From positions 1-64,000 of the IMG/VR virus record IMGVR_UViG_3300045988_154997: a stretch of DNA of 64,000 bases; one strand, written 5' to 3'. This document shows positions 47,600 to 57,069 of this stretch, one piece after another; position 1 is the first letter of the stretch; every line of letters starts with the position of its first letter. The translations under genes and the position numbers were made by a program. Under the pieces are notes generated by a model. It had not been told where the DNA came from and ran no database searches. It was given only the letters and a program-made list of their open reading frames with translations. The stretch comes from a virus (lineage: Duplodnaviria > Heunggongvirae > Uroviricota > Caudoviricetes).

Positions 47600-48382
47600 T
47601 TACCAACTTCCCCAGCTAATCATCTTGCGCTGATCGCTTTCTAAGCGATAGGGGGCAAGAAGCTCTGTGACATGATTGGTGGCGTATGATTTGGCCTCTT
47701 GCTCTATCATCGGTAATTCGTTAGCAATCCTGACCATCTTCCCAGCAAATTCCGCCATTACGCCATCACACGCCTTACCCGCATCAACAATGATATGCAC
47801 AAGATCCAACTGGCTTTTGCACATGTCCCAAAGAGTCGAATATTCGCTCTCCCTGATTAGATTTACAGCATCATTAGCCCCTTTATTAATCAAAACCTCC
47901 AACAGATTTGTCGGGGTGACGAAATCGGCTTTCAGAGACAATGTTGGTTCAGCTTTTACCGACAGCAAGTAATCTTCAAAGTTTTGCTTGTCTTCCAGCA
48001 AAGCTAAACTACGCATAGCTCGAATTGATTCTCGAATAACGGCTTCAATATGTTCGTCACCTGGAGGACAGATAATGGTATCTGTATAGATGACTCTGCC
48101 ATCAAACCACGTCCCAACCTGCACTTTTAGAGTTCGTAAGTTTTCTTTGCGTACAAAAACAACTAATGCAGAACGTCGTGCATGTGCAGGTTCGCCCCAT
48201 ACGCACAACTTAACCTTCAGATAAGGTAGCCCCGGTAGCGGGATCTCGACCAAACGAGTGGCGATATGATCCATTGCCGTATTGACGGCTTTTCCAATGA
48301 TGTCTAGCCGATTGCTCTCGCTGATTTCTAAACCAGTTTTATCAATGATGTTGCAGGCTAATCTCTTAATTTCTTCTTTCAT
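47600..48382 (-). CDS. hypothetical protein
   Basis: 260-aa ORF. Confidence 0.5.
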   Translation of the reverse strand: MKEEIKRLACNIIDKTGLEISESNRLDIIGKAVNTAMDHIATRLVEIPLPGLPYLKVKLCVWGEPAHARRSALVVFVRKENLRTLKVQVGTWFDGRVIYTDTIICPPGDEHIEAVIRESIRAMRSLALLEDKQNFEDYLLSVKAEPTLSLKADFVTPTNLLEVLINKGANDAVNLIRESEYSTLWDMCKSQLDLVHIIVDAGKACDGVMAEFAGKMVRIANELPMIEQEAKSYATNHVTELLAPYRLESDQRKMISWGSW

Positions 48383-48507
48383 ACCAACTCCTAGCTAACG
48401 GATGAAAGTATTCTTACAAAAACTTAAGTATGTATATACTTATCATTTTAGGTGCAATAGTTCTTTATACTAAGATGCCGGGCGTATCCGCAGCCCAGCA
48501 TTCACCT

Positions 48508-48921
48508 TTAATGAGCTACAGCCTCACTGTTGCACATCTTTCTGTAGACCTGCTTATAACGCTGTAAATCATGAGGATCATTAGGTGCCAACGACTTCGA
48601 TAGGATTTTGTATACCACCCCTTTTGAAAACATGCCCTTTGGCTTCATTTCGAGTTCAACAACATATGAGTGATAGCCCACGTATGCACCAAAGCCATTT
48701 TTGGCGTTTAATTCACCACACACAAAGCCTGTCACACTCCCATCATCATGATCAGTCCTGACAAACTTATCTTTCCTAAACATCACCGACGTGGGATCTT
48801 TCATATCATCCGCAATTGCCTGTTGGCCCAGAGTAATAGCCTTCTCGTCTGTAGGCTTACACCCAACTAATGCAAACAAAGACAATAAAGCACCTGTTAA
48901 AATCAACTTCTTTTTGCTCAT
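48508..48921 (-). CDS. lipoprotein, unknown function
   Basis: Signal peptide + lipobox LVGC (MSKKKLILTGALLSLFALVGCKP). Confidence 0.5.
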   Translation of the reverse strand: MSKKKLILTGALLSLFALVGCKPTDEKAITLGQQAIADDMKDPTSVMFRKDKFVRTDHDDGSVTGFVCGELNAKNGFGAYVGYHSYVVELEMKPKGMFSKGVVYKILSKSLAPNDPHDLQRYKQVYRKMCNSEAVAH

Positions 48922-49154
48922 TTTGACTTCCCTTTATTTATATTTATCGTAGGTATTAGTTAACCAAAACACGAGCCGTGTCACAATAATTCCATAGCTC
49001 ATTATTTCCATCGGTGATTAATATCACATCAACTTTACAGTTCATAAATTAAATTATCAAAGCTGACAGATTAACTAAATTTAAGTACCCTTTTCGCACA
49101 CTTGACGCTTGCCGCGTCTAAACTGTTCATCCTATATCAACAGAACAAAAAAAC

Positions 49155-50300
49155 ATGAAATACATAAAATCTTCATCGTTGCTGGCATTAACTTTGCTTT
49201 TTAACTCTGGATTCGTTAACGCAGACAATAAACAAACGCTGATAGAAGCCGCTACCGCAGGGGATACCGCAGCACAAAGTGAGTTAGGTACAAATTATTT
49301 TGATGGTGTCAATGGTTTTGATAAGGATGTAGTTGAGGCCAAGAAGTGGATTGATCTAGCTGCAGAAAAGGGAGATAAAGTAGCATATTATGCACTTGGA
49401 GTTATGTACACATTTGGCGAGGGTGTAGATAAAGACCTAAATAAAGCTGTTGAGTACTACAAACTTGCGGGGGATGCTCGTGAAGGTAGAGCCTACAACA
49501 ATCTTGGTGCTATTTATCAAAAGGGGATGCTTGGTAAAGTAGATCATGCACTCGCCATTAAATACTTCAAACTAGCCTCTGATGCCGGGTATGTTAAAGC
49601 AACTTCAGTTCTTGGGGCGTATTACCAATATGGTAAAGGCGTTAAAAAGAATTATAAAAAGGCTTTTACTTATTACAAAAAGGCGGCAGACCAAGGCAGT
49701 TCAGAAGCTATGATAGGATTAGGAATACTATACGATGATGGGTTAGGCGTTAAACGCAATGATGCAGAAGCAGTTAAGTGGTATAAAAAGGCAGCGGAAC
49801 TTGGAAACGCCGACGCCATAACCAATCTTGGCATTATGTATGAGAATGGGGAAGGTGTAAAAAAGGACTATAAAAAAGCAGCCGACCTTTATCAGACTGC
49901 TTGCGATAAAGGAGAAAAAAGAGGCTGCGATTACATTGCAGAACTGAAAGAAAGCGGCAAATATCGAGCGCCGGCTTCCAAAGCCAAAACAAAATCCGCC
50001 ACCCAGCGACTTATTGCTAAATCCATTGATAAGGGCGTTAACGCTACATTTACCTGGCAGGGTGATGATGCTACCTTCACCGCTAATGATGGCAAAGTTG
50101 ACTGCACCTTCCTGAAGGATTTTTCAGAGAAAGGAGGCAATCTGGCTACCTCGTTTGTTTGCACCGACAACGTTCAAATCATCCTGAAGCAATTCAGAGA
50201 TACCAAGAATGCCTACCTCGCGGTAATGACTGACAACTTCAACACAGAAGTTAAATCATTTTCGGTCAATGTGTACGTGACTAATACTGGTTCAAACTAA
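49155..50300 (+). CDS. secreted Sel1-repeat (TPR-like) protein
   Basis: Signal peptide; at least 6 tandem Sel1-type repeats (G.GV.KD..KA..WY.KAAE.G); non-repeat C-terminal domain. Confidence 0.7.
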   Translation: MKYIKSSSLLALTLLFNSGFVNADNKQTLIEAATAGDTAAQSELGTNYFDGVNGFDKDVVEAKKWIDLAAEKGDKVAYYALGVMYTFGEGVDKDLNKAVEYYKLAGDAREGRAYNNLGAIYQKGMLGKVDHALAIKYFKLASDAGYVKATSVLGAYYQYGKGVKKNYKKAFTYYKKAADQGSSEAMIGLGILYDDGLGVKRNDAEAVKWYKKAAELGNADAITNLGIMYENGEGVKKDYKKAADLYQTACDKGEKRGCDYIAELKESGKYRAPASKAKTKSATQRLIAKSIDKGVNATFTWQGDDATFTANDGKVDCTFLKDFSEKGGNLATSFVCTDNVQIILKQFRDTKNAYLAVMTDNFNTEVKSFSVNVYVTNTGSN

Positions 50301-51473
50301 TGCTGCTATGCCTTTTACCTTGCTTAAAAGTTCAAGCTGTCGTGAGTAAGGTTTTGCGCAATAGTAGGCTTTGATAATCTGCCCCGGGGTCGCATCGCCG
50401 GGGTCGAGTCCTTCCTCGCCCAAACATGCAATTTTCACATTAAGACCGATACTGGTCAGTCGCCTGGCTGCGGCCATAGTGTTTCGTATAGCTTGCTTTT
50501 CACTATCCCACATCATGATCACATTACGTAATCCACGCGCCTTGAGCGTCAGGAACGCGCCCAACTGATCTTCTGCATCCTGAGTGGTGTTACCAGATAG
50601 ATGCATCCCGAACGTTCCTATTGGTTCCACGTAATCGCGTAATGTTTCTTCGTCAAAAATAGCTCGTTTGACCCCCATAACATCGAACGCCCCCTCACAG
50701 ACAACTACAGTCTGTTTGCCGACTGCATTGTGGCCGTTGTAGAGAAACTTACCTGAAGCTGGAAGCTGCATAGGAAAGAGGTAGCGGCGTTCTGCTGTAC
50801 CGGTAATGTCTCGTCCTTGAAATGTCTTCATTACCCCATCCAGATCGTAAACCGGTATCAGTATTCGCATATCGAAAATCTGTCCTTTAACCTGATCTGT
50901 ATACGGATCTACATAAGCGTGCTTGCCTTCGACGCAGTATCGTAGGTCAAAATACTTTGCCATTTCAGGCGATATATTTCGTTCAACCAGATAGTCTGGA
51001 AGATGGCCATCTATAGGAAGATCGTAATGACGAGGGAGTGCAACTGGTCCCTCTAACTCGACTGTGCTTGCAAGCACTATCTCTTCTTTCTTTGGTGCCC
51101 ACCCCTGGGAAAGAAGAGCGTTCTGCACATATTCCTCGAACTGTCGTCGTGATTTACCGCTGTAGTGCTTGAGGAAGACCAGCTTATTGAACTGAATCTC
51201 TTCGGGATGATCACCAGCGAAGCATTTACCGACGCCACTGGTCAGATTGAAATATACCTTCCAGTTGGAGCTGCCGCATACCGGACACTCCTTGATATTC
51301 ACTTCACGACCGCGAGTACTCACGCCTCCACGTCGATAAACGATACCTTCAGTATCCAACCATTGTTCAAAATCTAATTCGGTAATTAGCTCTTTCAGCT
51401 CGCTCACGATAATTCCACTTTTAACAGGCAATATTGTGACCAACCTAAATGTTGATATAACATAAAGGCTCAT
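50292..51473 (-). CDS. DNA primase (zinc-ribbon + TOPRIM, T7 gp4/DnaG-like)
   Basis: Zinc ribbon CPVCGSS...GKCFAGDH and TOPRIM VVVCEGAFDVMG; start set at ATG 51473 (shared initiation sequence) rather than 51545. Confidence 0.75.
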   Translation of the reverse strand: MSLYVISTFRLVTILPVKSGIIVSELKELITELDFEQWLDTEGIVYRRGGVSTRGREVNIKECPVCGSSNWKVYFNLTSGVGKCFAGDHPEEIQFNKLVFLKHYSGKSRRQFEEYVQNALLSQGWAPKKEEIVLASTVELEGPVALPRHYDLPIDGHLPDYLVERNISPEMAKYFDLRYCVEGKHAYVDPYTDQVKGQIFDMRILIPVYDLDGVMKTFQGRDITGTAERRYLFPMQLPASGKFLYNGHNAVGKQTVVVCEGAFDVMGVKRAIFDEETLRDYVEPIGTFGMHLSGNTTQDAEDQLGAFLTLKARGLRNVIMMWDSEKQAIRNTMAAARRLTSIGLNVKIACLGEEGLDPGDATPGQIIKAYYCAKPYSRQLELLSKVKGIAALV

Positions 51474-51554
51474 GTGTTTTTCTTTTGTGGTTTGGCAAAA
51501 GAAAAGTTGTTTCACCAATGAATCAAGCGTGGAGGTGTTCTCCACGCTTATTTT

Positions 51555-52895
51555 TTAGGTAACGTCTAAGATTCGCTCAATGAAGCGCATTTGTTCGAGG
51601 TTTTGTTTAACGCGAATGCTGATCCCTCCCTGCTGGTTACGCGAACCAGCAAAGTAGAGACGAGCCTCTCCTTTCGCTTCTTCTTCTTCGGTTTTGTTGA
51701 TCGTTATTACCAGGTCAGCAATACGTACTTTTTCGATGTTGTCGGCAGCGTGCATCATTGTGGCAACTTCTGACGCGCCACCTTCACGGTTTGTTTGCGA
51801 CGCCGTGATACCAGCAACGTTATGCTTGTCATAAAGAGCACGTAAATCGGTGTAGATACTACGAATGTTGGCGCGATCATCACGAAGGTCATAACTGGCA
51901 CGCATCAAATCTGCGTAGTCGACAACAACCATGTCAGGCACCATGCCGTTGGCTTTCATGCTGTTAAGCATACGGTCCAGATCTGCCGGTGACATACTTC
52001 CTGACGGACGCTCAACCACCCACAAACTACCAATCCCCTTCGTGGCTCCCAACTCTGCCAACTTACGATGAACCTCATCGCGCCGTTCCACCAGCTTGGA
52101 CATTTCTGTCTCCGACAATCTTGCATCAAAACGGTCGGATAAAATGGTGGTGTGAACCTCCAGCGAGAGATACAGAACATTGTAGCCAGCAAGCGTTGCG
52201 TTTATGGAAAACTCACCCATTGCGGTCGATTTGCCGGATTTAGCGAACCCCATGAAGAGCACCATTTCACGCTTCGCCCAGCCTTTTTGGTACAGCAACC
52301 TATCGAGCAGAGGGAGTCCAGTTGTAATGCTGTTTGGCACATACTCCTCTGAAGCCTCATATTCACGCGCTTTCAATCGCTCACTTGCGGAGGTGTAGTA
52401 GTCATAGATTCCGGTCGCTTCGTTCGAGCCTATCTGCTGAACCTTGGCCATGATTGCCATCGCCCCCTGAAAGTCGCCCTTCTCTTTCAGTTCAGCAGCT
52501 TTAATCAGAGCATCATCAAACGCTACACTTTTTGCGAATGTGGATACCTGGTCAACCATGTACGAGGTATCAGACAATTTTTCTGCAAGGATGCGCTTAA
52601 ACGCAGCAACAACATCCGGGAAGAGTTCCTCACGGATGGTCTTATCGCGTTTCGCGCGCTTAAGCATATCCAGAATCGCAGATGAAGAAGGCGCGCTCTT
52701 GTACATACGGTAATAGCCCGAAACCATATTAACCAATATGGCATTGGCCGCATTGGCAAATTGGCTAGGCACAACCAGATCTCCCGCACGAGTAAGAAAC
52801 TCGTGATCACGACAAAAATATGCCGTCAGTCTGTTCTGGAAATCTTCATCAAACTCTTCGGACAGCCCGCGTCCTGTATGGCAAAGTTCGGTCAT
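51555..52895 (-). CDS. DnaB-like replicative helicase
   Basis: Walker A GFAKSGKST, Walker B-like VVVDYADLM in RecA-fold C-terminal domain; upstream palindrome at 52911..52931. Confidence 0.8.
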   Translation of the reverse strand: MTELCHTGRGLSEEFDEDFQNRLTAYFCRDHEFLTRAGDLVVPSQFANAANAILVNMVSGYYRMYKSAPSSSAILDMLKRAKRDKTIREELFPDVVAAFKRILAEKLSDTSYMVDQVSTFAKSVAFDDALIKAAELKEKGDFQGAMAIMAKVQQIGSNEATGIYDYYTSASERLKAREYEASEEYVPNSITTGLPLLDRLLYQKGWAKREMVLFMGFAKSGKSTAMGEFSINATLAGYNVLYLSLEVHTTILSDRFDARLSETEMSKLVERRDEVHRKLAELGATKGIGSLWVVERPSGSMSPADLDRMLNSMKANGMVPDMVVVDYADLMRASYDLRDDRANIRSIYTDLRALYDKHNVAGITASQTNREGGASEVATMMHAADNIEKVRIADLVITINKTEEEEAKGEARLYFAGSRNQQGGISIRVKQNLEQMRFIERILDVT

Positions 52896-52938
52896 GTGCT
52901 TTCCTTTGTTTTTTAAACAAATTGTTTTCTAGTATTAG

Positions 52939-53679
52939 TTAATTAGATAGGGGATCAATAAACCGCCGTGCTTCTTCCAGTTCTTCTGGAAAGTGGGCGG
53001 AAATAAGGCGCTCTGGAACGATTTCCATTAGCCAGATAGCAGAGAAAATTGCGCGTATGCGCTTGCTGCGGGGGATGATGCGCAAACGCTCCAGAATCCA
53101 CTCAAAATAGCTTTCCTGAATCGGGTTGAACTGCATGTCTCCCATATGCTTAAAGCTAACCAGAGAGTCATCCAGACGGGTTGTTGCGCGTCTGGATAAT
53201 TTCTCTTCGAATATCTCAATCAGTTCTGGCTGCCATAAATGCTGTGGGCGCGGCAACTTGTCCCACAGACGCCGTGCAGCTGCGGAAAGAACCGTGGAGA
53301 TAAAGTAGTCGTATGAACAGCAATAGCGATCAGCAAACTGGCGTGCTTTCCATAGCGACGTTTTATTGGCAGTCGACAACTCCTGATAAGGCAGGCGTTT
53401 TAACCCGGTGGTGAACGGAGCTGTTTCAAAGTGTTCGCGACCGTGCGTCAGCATGATATTTGAGTACTGACGTTTGTATGCCTCCGTAAAAAGACAGGTG
53501 GCCATGAGAGGATGCATGTCGCGGTAATCAAACCACTTCGTCTCGAAGAGTTCAGCCTCGTCATTGCAGCGCGACAAACCAATGTTTTCAGCGACCCACT
53601 TGTCCATAACAGCGGTATTCCACTCTGTCATGAAGTCGTACTGGTCGTTGTCAATGGTATCAAAAAAGATTTGGCTCAT
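52939..53679 (-). CDS. hypothetical protein
   Basis: ORF-track start is GTG 53688; ATG at 53679 has AGGTGA RBS and the 21-bp palindromic element directly upstream (53691..53711). Confidence 0.5.
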   Translation of the reverse strand: MSQIFFDTIDNDQYDFMTEWNTAVMDKWVAENIGLSRCNDEAELFETKWFDYRDMHPLMATCLFTEAYKRQYSNIMLTHGREHFETAPFTTGLKRLPYQELSTANKTSLWKARQFADRYCCSYDYFISTVLSAAARRLWDKLPRPQHLWQPELIEIFEEKLSRRATTRLDDSLVSFKHMGDMQFNPIQESYFEWILERLRIIPRSKRIRAIFSAIWLMEIVPERLISAHFPEELEEARRFIDPLSN

Positions 53680-53797
53680 GTGGCTCACCTGATAGGTAGT
53701 TACTTACTTATTGCAATGAGCGGATGATAGCGACTGGTGGCAGTTTTTGGAAGTGGAAACGGAAGGGAATGTGTCTGGGAAGTTGGCATAGAAAAAG

Positions 53798-53852
53798 ACC
53801 TGCTTCCGTATAAATAATAATAAGTAACTTAGTATTTATATACAGAAGCAGG
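53798..53852 (-). terminator. long-loop hairpin element, copy 2 (arms ACCTGCTTC[C/T]GTATA) followed by CTTTTTCT on minus strand
   Basis: Near-identical arms to 4993..5051; immediately 3' of the 53877..55073 gene. Confidence 0.45.
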
Positions 53853-53876
53853 TTCCAAATTCAACCAGCAGGATGC

Positions 53877-55073
53877 TTAAACATCTTTTAGAAAGCCTGG
53901 AAACCAATGTTTCATGATATACCTAAAATGTGCTCTAGTTGGTTCAAAAACCTGTCTAGATACCAGCGCTCCATCAGGATGATTCTGAACAGACTGTTCT
54001 TTTTCCATATCGTAAAAATTATGAGTTATCTCTGGGGGGAAGAAAATATTTCTGTCCAGTGGCACTGTCGCAAAAGGATTGTAGTAAATATGAAGGCCGT
54101 CAAAGTGCGTCTCTTCATGAGCAGTGGAATGGCAAACTACAATATCCGCACCAGTGACTTCGTTATTTAAAAAATGCCGATATGTAGTGATGAAATGATC
54201 AGGACCTATCCTTTGTGTGTGCTTTCCCTCGTTTTTCATCCCTTCATTGGCGATGAAATCATTCACATCAATGGCTCGATATCGTGTTGACCTTACATAT
54301 CTACCGATACCGCTTTGAACCACGGCTTTTCCAAAAGTGCCGGTGGTGGAGAAAATAACCGCACTTATTTCTTTATATGAGTCGTTAGTAAATATACCTA
54401 ATGGAATTTCAACGTCTTCATTCTTTTTGATTGAGGTAACTTTAGTTTGGCTGCCAGTCACCAAATTTCTGGTGGTAGGTTCCTCAATGCCAAACAACAC
54501 TCGATTGATGATTGTGTTATTTTGAGACAATGATAAATCGGAGTCAAAGGGTGCAAGCGCCAGAACAAACGGCTTATTAACTACATGAGACATCGTAGAG
54601 TACGGGAATTTTTTGCCATTAACTCCTGTAAAAAGATCATGTTTGTCTTTGATTTTTCCGATTAATTTTAGCGTTGATTGATGTTTGAATTTTGATTCGC
54701 TAAAAAGAGCACCTGCAGGTGGATTATGTGGCCGATCTGATATCACAGCTTCGACGTTAAACTGGTAGCCTGACGGTGTAGTAACACAGAAATCGGGACT
54801 GTCTTTTGTGTAGTCGACAGAATAATCGAGACGAATAAACATTTCGTTCAGATACAATTCCCATAAGGCGGAATTGAAGGTTGTCTGAAACTCTTTAACG
54901 AATTTAGTCTGCTCACCGCTACGCTCCAGTAACCCACGCCCCCACGACTGTATCACTTCTCTTACTGGAGCATATGTATTATCTTGATAAATCTGTTTAA
55001 AAGATTCGTGCAGCTTGTTTTTTGCTATTTTGGTTGAGAACAAATCCATTATTAGCCTCACTAACCAGTTCAA
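53877..55073 (-). CDS. hypothetical protein, possible degenerate PD-(D/E)xK fold (partner of DUF2971 protein; candidate defence cassette)
   Basis: 398-aa AT-rich ORF directly downstream of the DUF2971 gene; SPDFCVTTPSGYQFNVEAVIS loosely fits a D...E-x-x nuclease core (weak). Confidence 0.45.
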   Translation of the reverse strand: MNWLVRLIMDLFSTKIAKNKLHESFKQIYQDNTYAPVREVIQSWGRGLLERSGEQTKFVKEFQTTFNSALWELYLNEMFIRLDYSVDYTKDSPDFCVTTPSGYQFNVEAVISDRPHNPPAGALFSESKFKHQSTLKLIGKIKDKHDLFTGVNGKKFPYSTMSHVVNKPFVLALAPFDSDLSLSQNNTIINRVLFGIEEPTTRNLVTGSQTKVTSIKKNEDVEIPLGIFTNDSYKEISAVIFSTTGTFGKAVVQSGIGRYVRSTRYRAIDVNDFIANEGMKNEGKHTQRIGPDHFITTYRHFLNNEVTGADIVVCHSTAHEETHFDGLHIYYNPFATVPLDRNIFFPPEITHNFYDMEKEQSVQNHPDGALVSRQVFEPTRAHFRYIMKHWFPGFLKDV

Positions 55074-55115
55074 TAAGAAAAGCGCCCAACATAATCATTT
55101 GAGGAAAGTCTGGAG

Positions 55116-55835
55116 CTACTTCAGCTTTTCTTTGACAAGAAGATAACCATCATCAGGTGTACTCATTTTGTAAACCTCGATGCTCGTGTCTAGCTGTGTC
55201 CGGGCATATTCTTCTACTTCAGGAGAAACGTTATACCCAAGAATGATCTCTCTAATATATTTCTTATCAAATGCCTGAGCGCCTATTTTTTTAGTAATAA
55301 CCCTTTGTTCTTCCTCATATTTCCAGCATTCGTGCTTGTAGAAAAAGAGCTTATCAAAAAGTACCTTAAACTCATCTGTAACTTCATCGAACACGGGAAC
55401 AGAAGGTATATATTTCACATTATCAAAGCTGTGATACCCCTCAATAGAGGTAACAAAATCATCATCAAAGCCTATGCAGAAACCTTTATGCGACACTGAG
55501 TAATGTGACCACATCAAGATGTTATCTTCGTTTGGTGACAAGCACACCACACCAAAAGCCCCTAATGATTCTTTCCGCAAATCCACAGCCAACGATTTTG
55601 CAGCTTCAGGAGCTACAGCATCCCAGTCTTCAAAGGAAAAATCCTTACATCCATTGTCTTCAAAGTGTTTCCGGCGCTCCACTTCTGTACCTCCCATCGT
55701 TATCGAAACTTTGAACTCTGATGGGTCGTTGAATGAAGAAGGTGCGCTAGCAGAGATAGTGCCGTCCTCTACAAACCGTTTGAGGTTACGTAACACTTTT
55801 TGCGAATCTTCACTTCCAATATATTTGTAGAGCAT
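55116..55835 (-). CDS. DUF2971 family protein
   Basis: N-terminal MLYKYIGSEDSQKVLRNL...SSFNDPSEF and central LMWSHYSVSHKGFCIGF match the DUF2971 signatures as I recall them; start may instead be the upstream TTG at 55874. Confidence 0.55.
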   Translation of the reverse strand: MLYKYIGSEDSQKVLRNLKRFVEDGTISASAPSSFNDPSEFKVSITMGGTEVERRKHFEDNGCKDFSFEDWDAVAPEAAKSLAVDLRKESLGAFGVVCLSPNEDNILMWSHYSVSHKGFCIGFDDDFVTSIEGYHSFDNVKYIPSVPVFDEVTDEFKVLFDKLFFYKHECWKYEEEQRVITKKIGAQAFDKKYIREIILGYNVSPEVEEYARTQLDTSIEVYKMSTPDDGYLLVKEKLK

Positions 55836-55879
55836 TAGGGAACCTATAGAAAGAGGTGCCAAGCAGCACCTCAATAAAA

Positions 55880-56239
55880 TTAACCTTTCTTCATCAACTC
55901 GCGTTTGATTTCATCGGTACGCATCGTGACGTCGGCAGCAGTGATCGCCTCGTTAAGTTTCACGATATCCTCGATTTCCTGCGGCGACTTCTCTGCCAGA
56001 TGGAAAATAGCAGCACGAATCACATCAGAGCGGGTGAATTTCTCGAAGCGAGGGATGAACTTCATCATCTCCAGCAGTTCGAAGTATTCGTCTTCCAGTG
56101 ACATTGTGCGGCTTTTAATTTTCTCTTTGCCACGAGTCGGGCGTCCCTGTGGTCTGACTGGTTGGCGCAAAGGAGTTGTGTTCTTAGCCGGTGCATCAGG
56201 CTCTTTGCGCTTTGCTAGGTCACCCATTTTCATGGACAT
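55880..56239 (-). CDS. ribbon-helix-helix centromere-binding protein (ParG-like partner of ParA)
   Basis: Basic/Pro-rich N-terminal tail then RHH-like SRTMSLEDEYFELLEMM...RSDVIRAAIFHLAEK; directly downstream of parA. Confidence 0.5.
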   Translation of the reverse strand: MSMKMGDLAKRKEPDAPAKNTTPLRQPVRPQGRPTRGKEKIKSRTMSLEDEYFELLEMMKFIPRFEKFTRSDVIRAAIFHLAEKSPQEIEDIVKLNEAITAADVTMRTDEIKRELMKKG

Positions 56240-56907
56240 TATTCTTCTTCCTCCAGACTCAACAGATAATCTACAAATTCTTCAAACTCGGCTTCCGCCT
56301 TTTTGTCGCGCTCGCTACCGGTCATTTCAAAGATAGAACGACCAGACTCTTCCGCATCATCGTAGACGTTGCGGTTATATAGATTGACAGGCGCAGACTC
56401 GATGCCAAACGTCTCGACAATCTCTTTAGCCGCCAGAATGCGAGACACTTGTGATGGCAAAGCCGGGCACTGGTTCATGACCGCGCGGACCTTCACTTTA
56501 TCGTTTACATTGCGAACATTGTCGATAATAGGATCGATGTCACGTAAAGATTTCAAATCACGACGCTTAGGACGCAGCGGGATAATGATAACGTCAGCCA
56601 TCAGCATCGCTTGTCGCTGAATTTCGGAGTCGAAGCCACCAGCATCTACCACTACATACTCAGCTCTACCCTGAAGCGATTTTAGGTGCTTAATGATGTC
56701 ATCCTGAACGTATGCAAAAGGAATCAGCTCAAGGTCTTCGTTCTGTCGACGGTCTTCACACCAGCTCGTTGTCGTGCGCTGAATATCTATATCGGTGATA
56801 TAAACCTTCTTCTTCTTTTTGACTTTCAGGCAAACGGCAATTTGCTGGGCAACGGTGGATTTGCCAGGCCCGCCCTTTGTGCCGCCAACCACAAAGATCT
56901 TGGTCAT
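56239..56907 (-). CDS. parA: ParA-family partition ATPase (small, type Ib-like)
   Basis: Deviant Walker A KIFVVGGTKGGPGKST; 222 aa. Confidence 0.8.
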   Translation of the reverse strand: MTKIFVVGGTKGGPGKSTVAQQIAVCLKVKKKKKVYITDIDIQRTTTSWCEDRRQNEDLELIPFAYVQDDIIKHLKSLQGRAEYVVVDAGGFDSEIQRQAMLMADVIIIPLRPKRRDLKSLRDIDPIIDNVRNVNDKVKVRAVMNQCPALPSQVSRILAAKEIVETFGIESAPVNLYNRNVYDDAEESGRSIFEMTGSERDKKAEAEFEEFVDYLLSLEEEE

Positions 56908-57041
56908 TGGAGAGTTCCCTTTGCGTATATAATTATCGTCTGAAACAACTTGTTTTCTTATATGTGATATAGCCTAAATGCCTACGGCTGTGGTGTAAAG
57001 GTTTAATGATAGGTACATAGATTTGGTAAGGACTTAATAAC

Positions 57042-57065
57042 AAAAAACCCGCCGTAGCGGGTTTA
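57042..57065 (-). terminator. Rho-independent terminator (CCCGC-tacg-GCGGG + TTTTTTG on minus strand)
   Basis: Read directly; 3' of gene 57070..57846. Confidence 0.7.
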
Positions 57066-57069
57066 GGAA

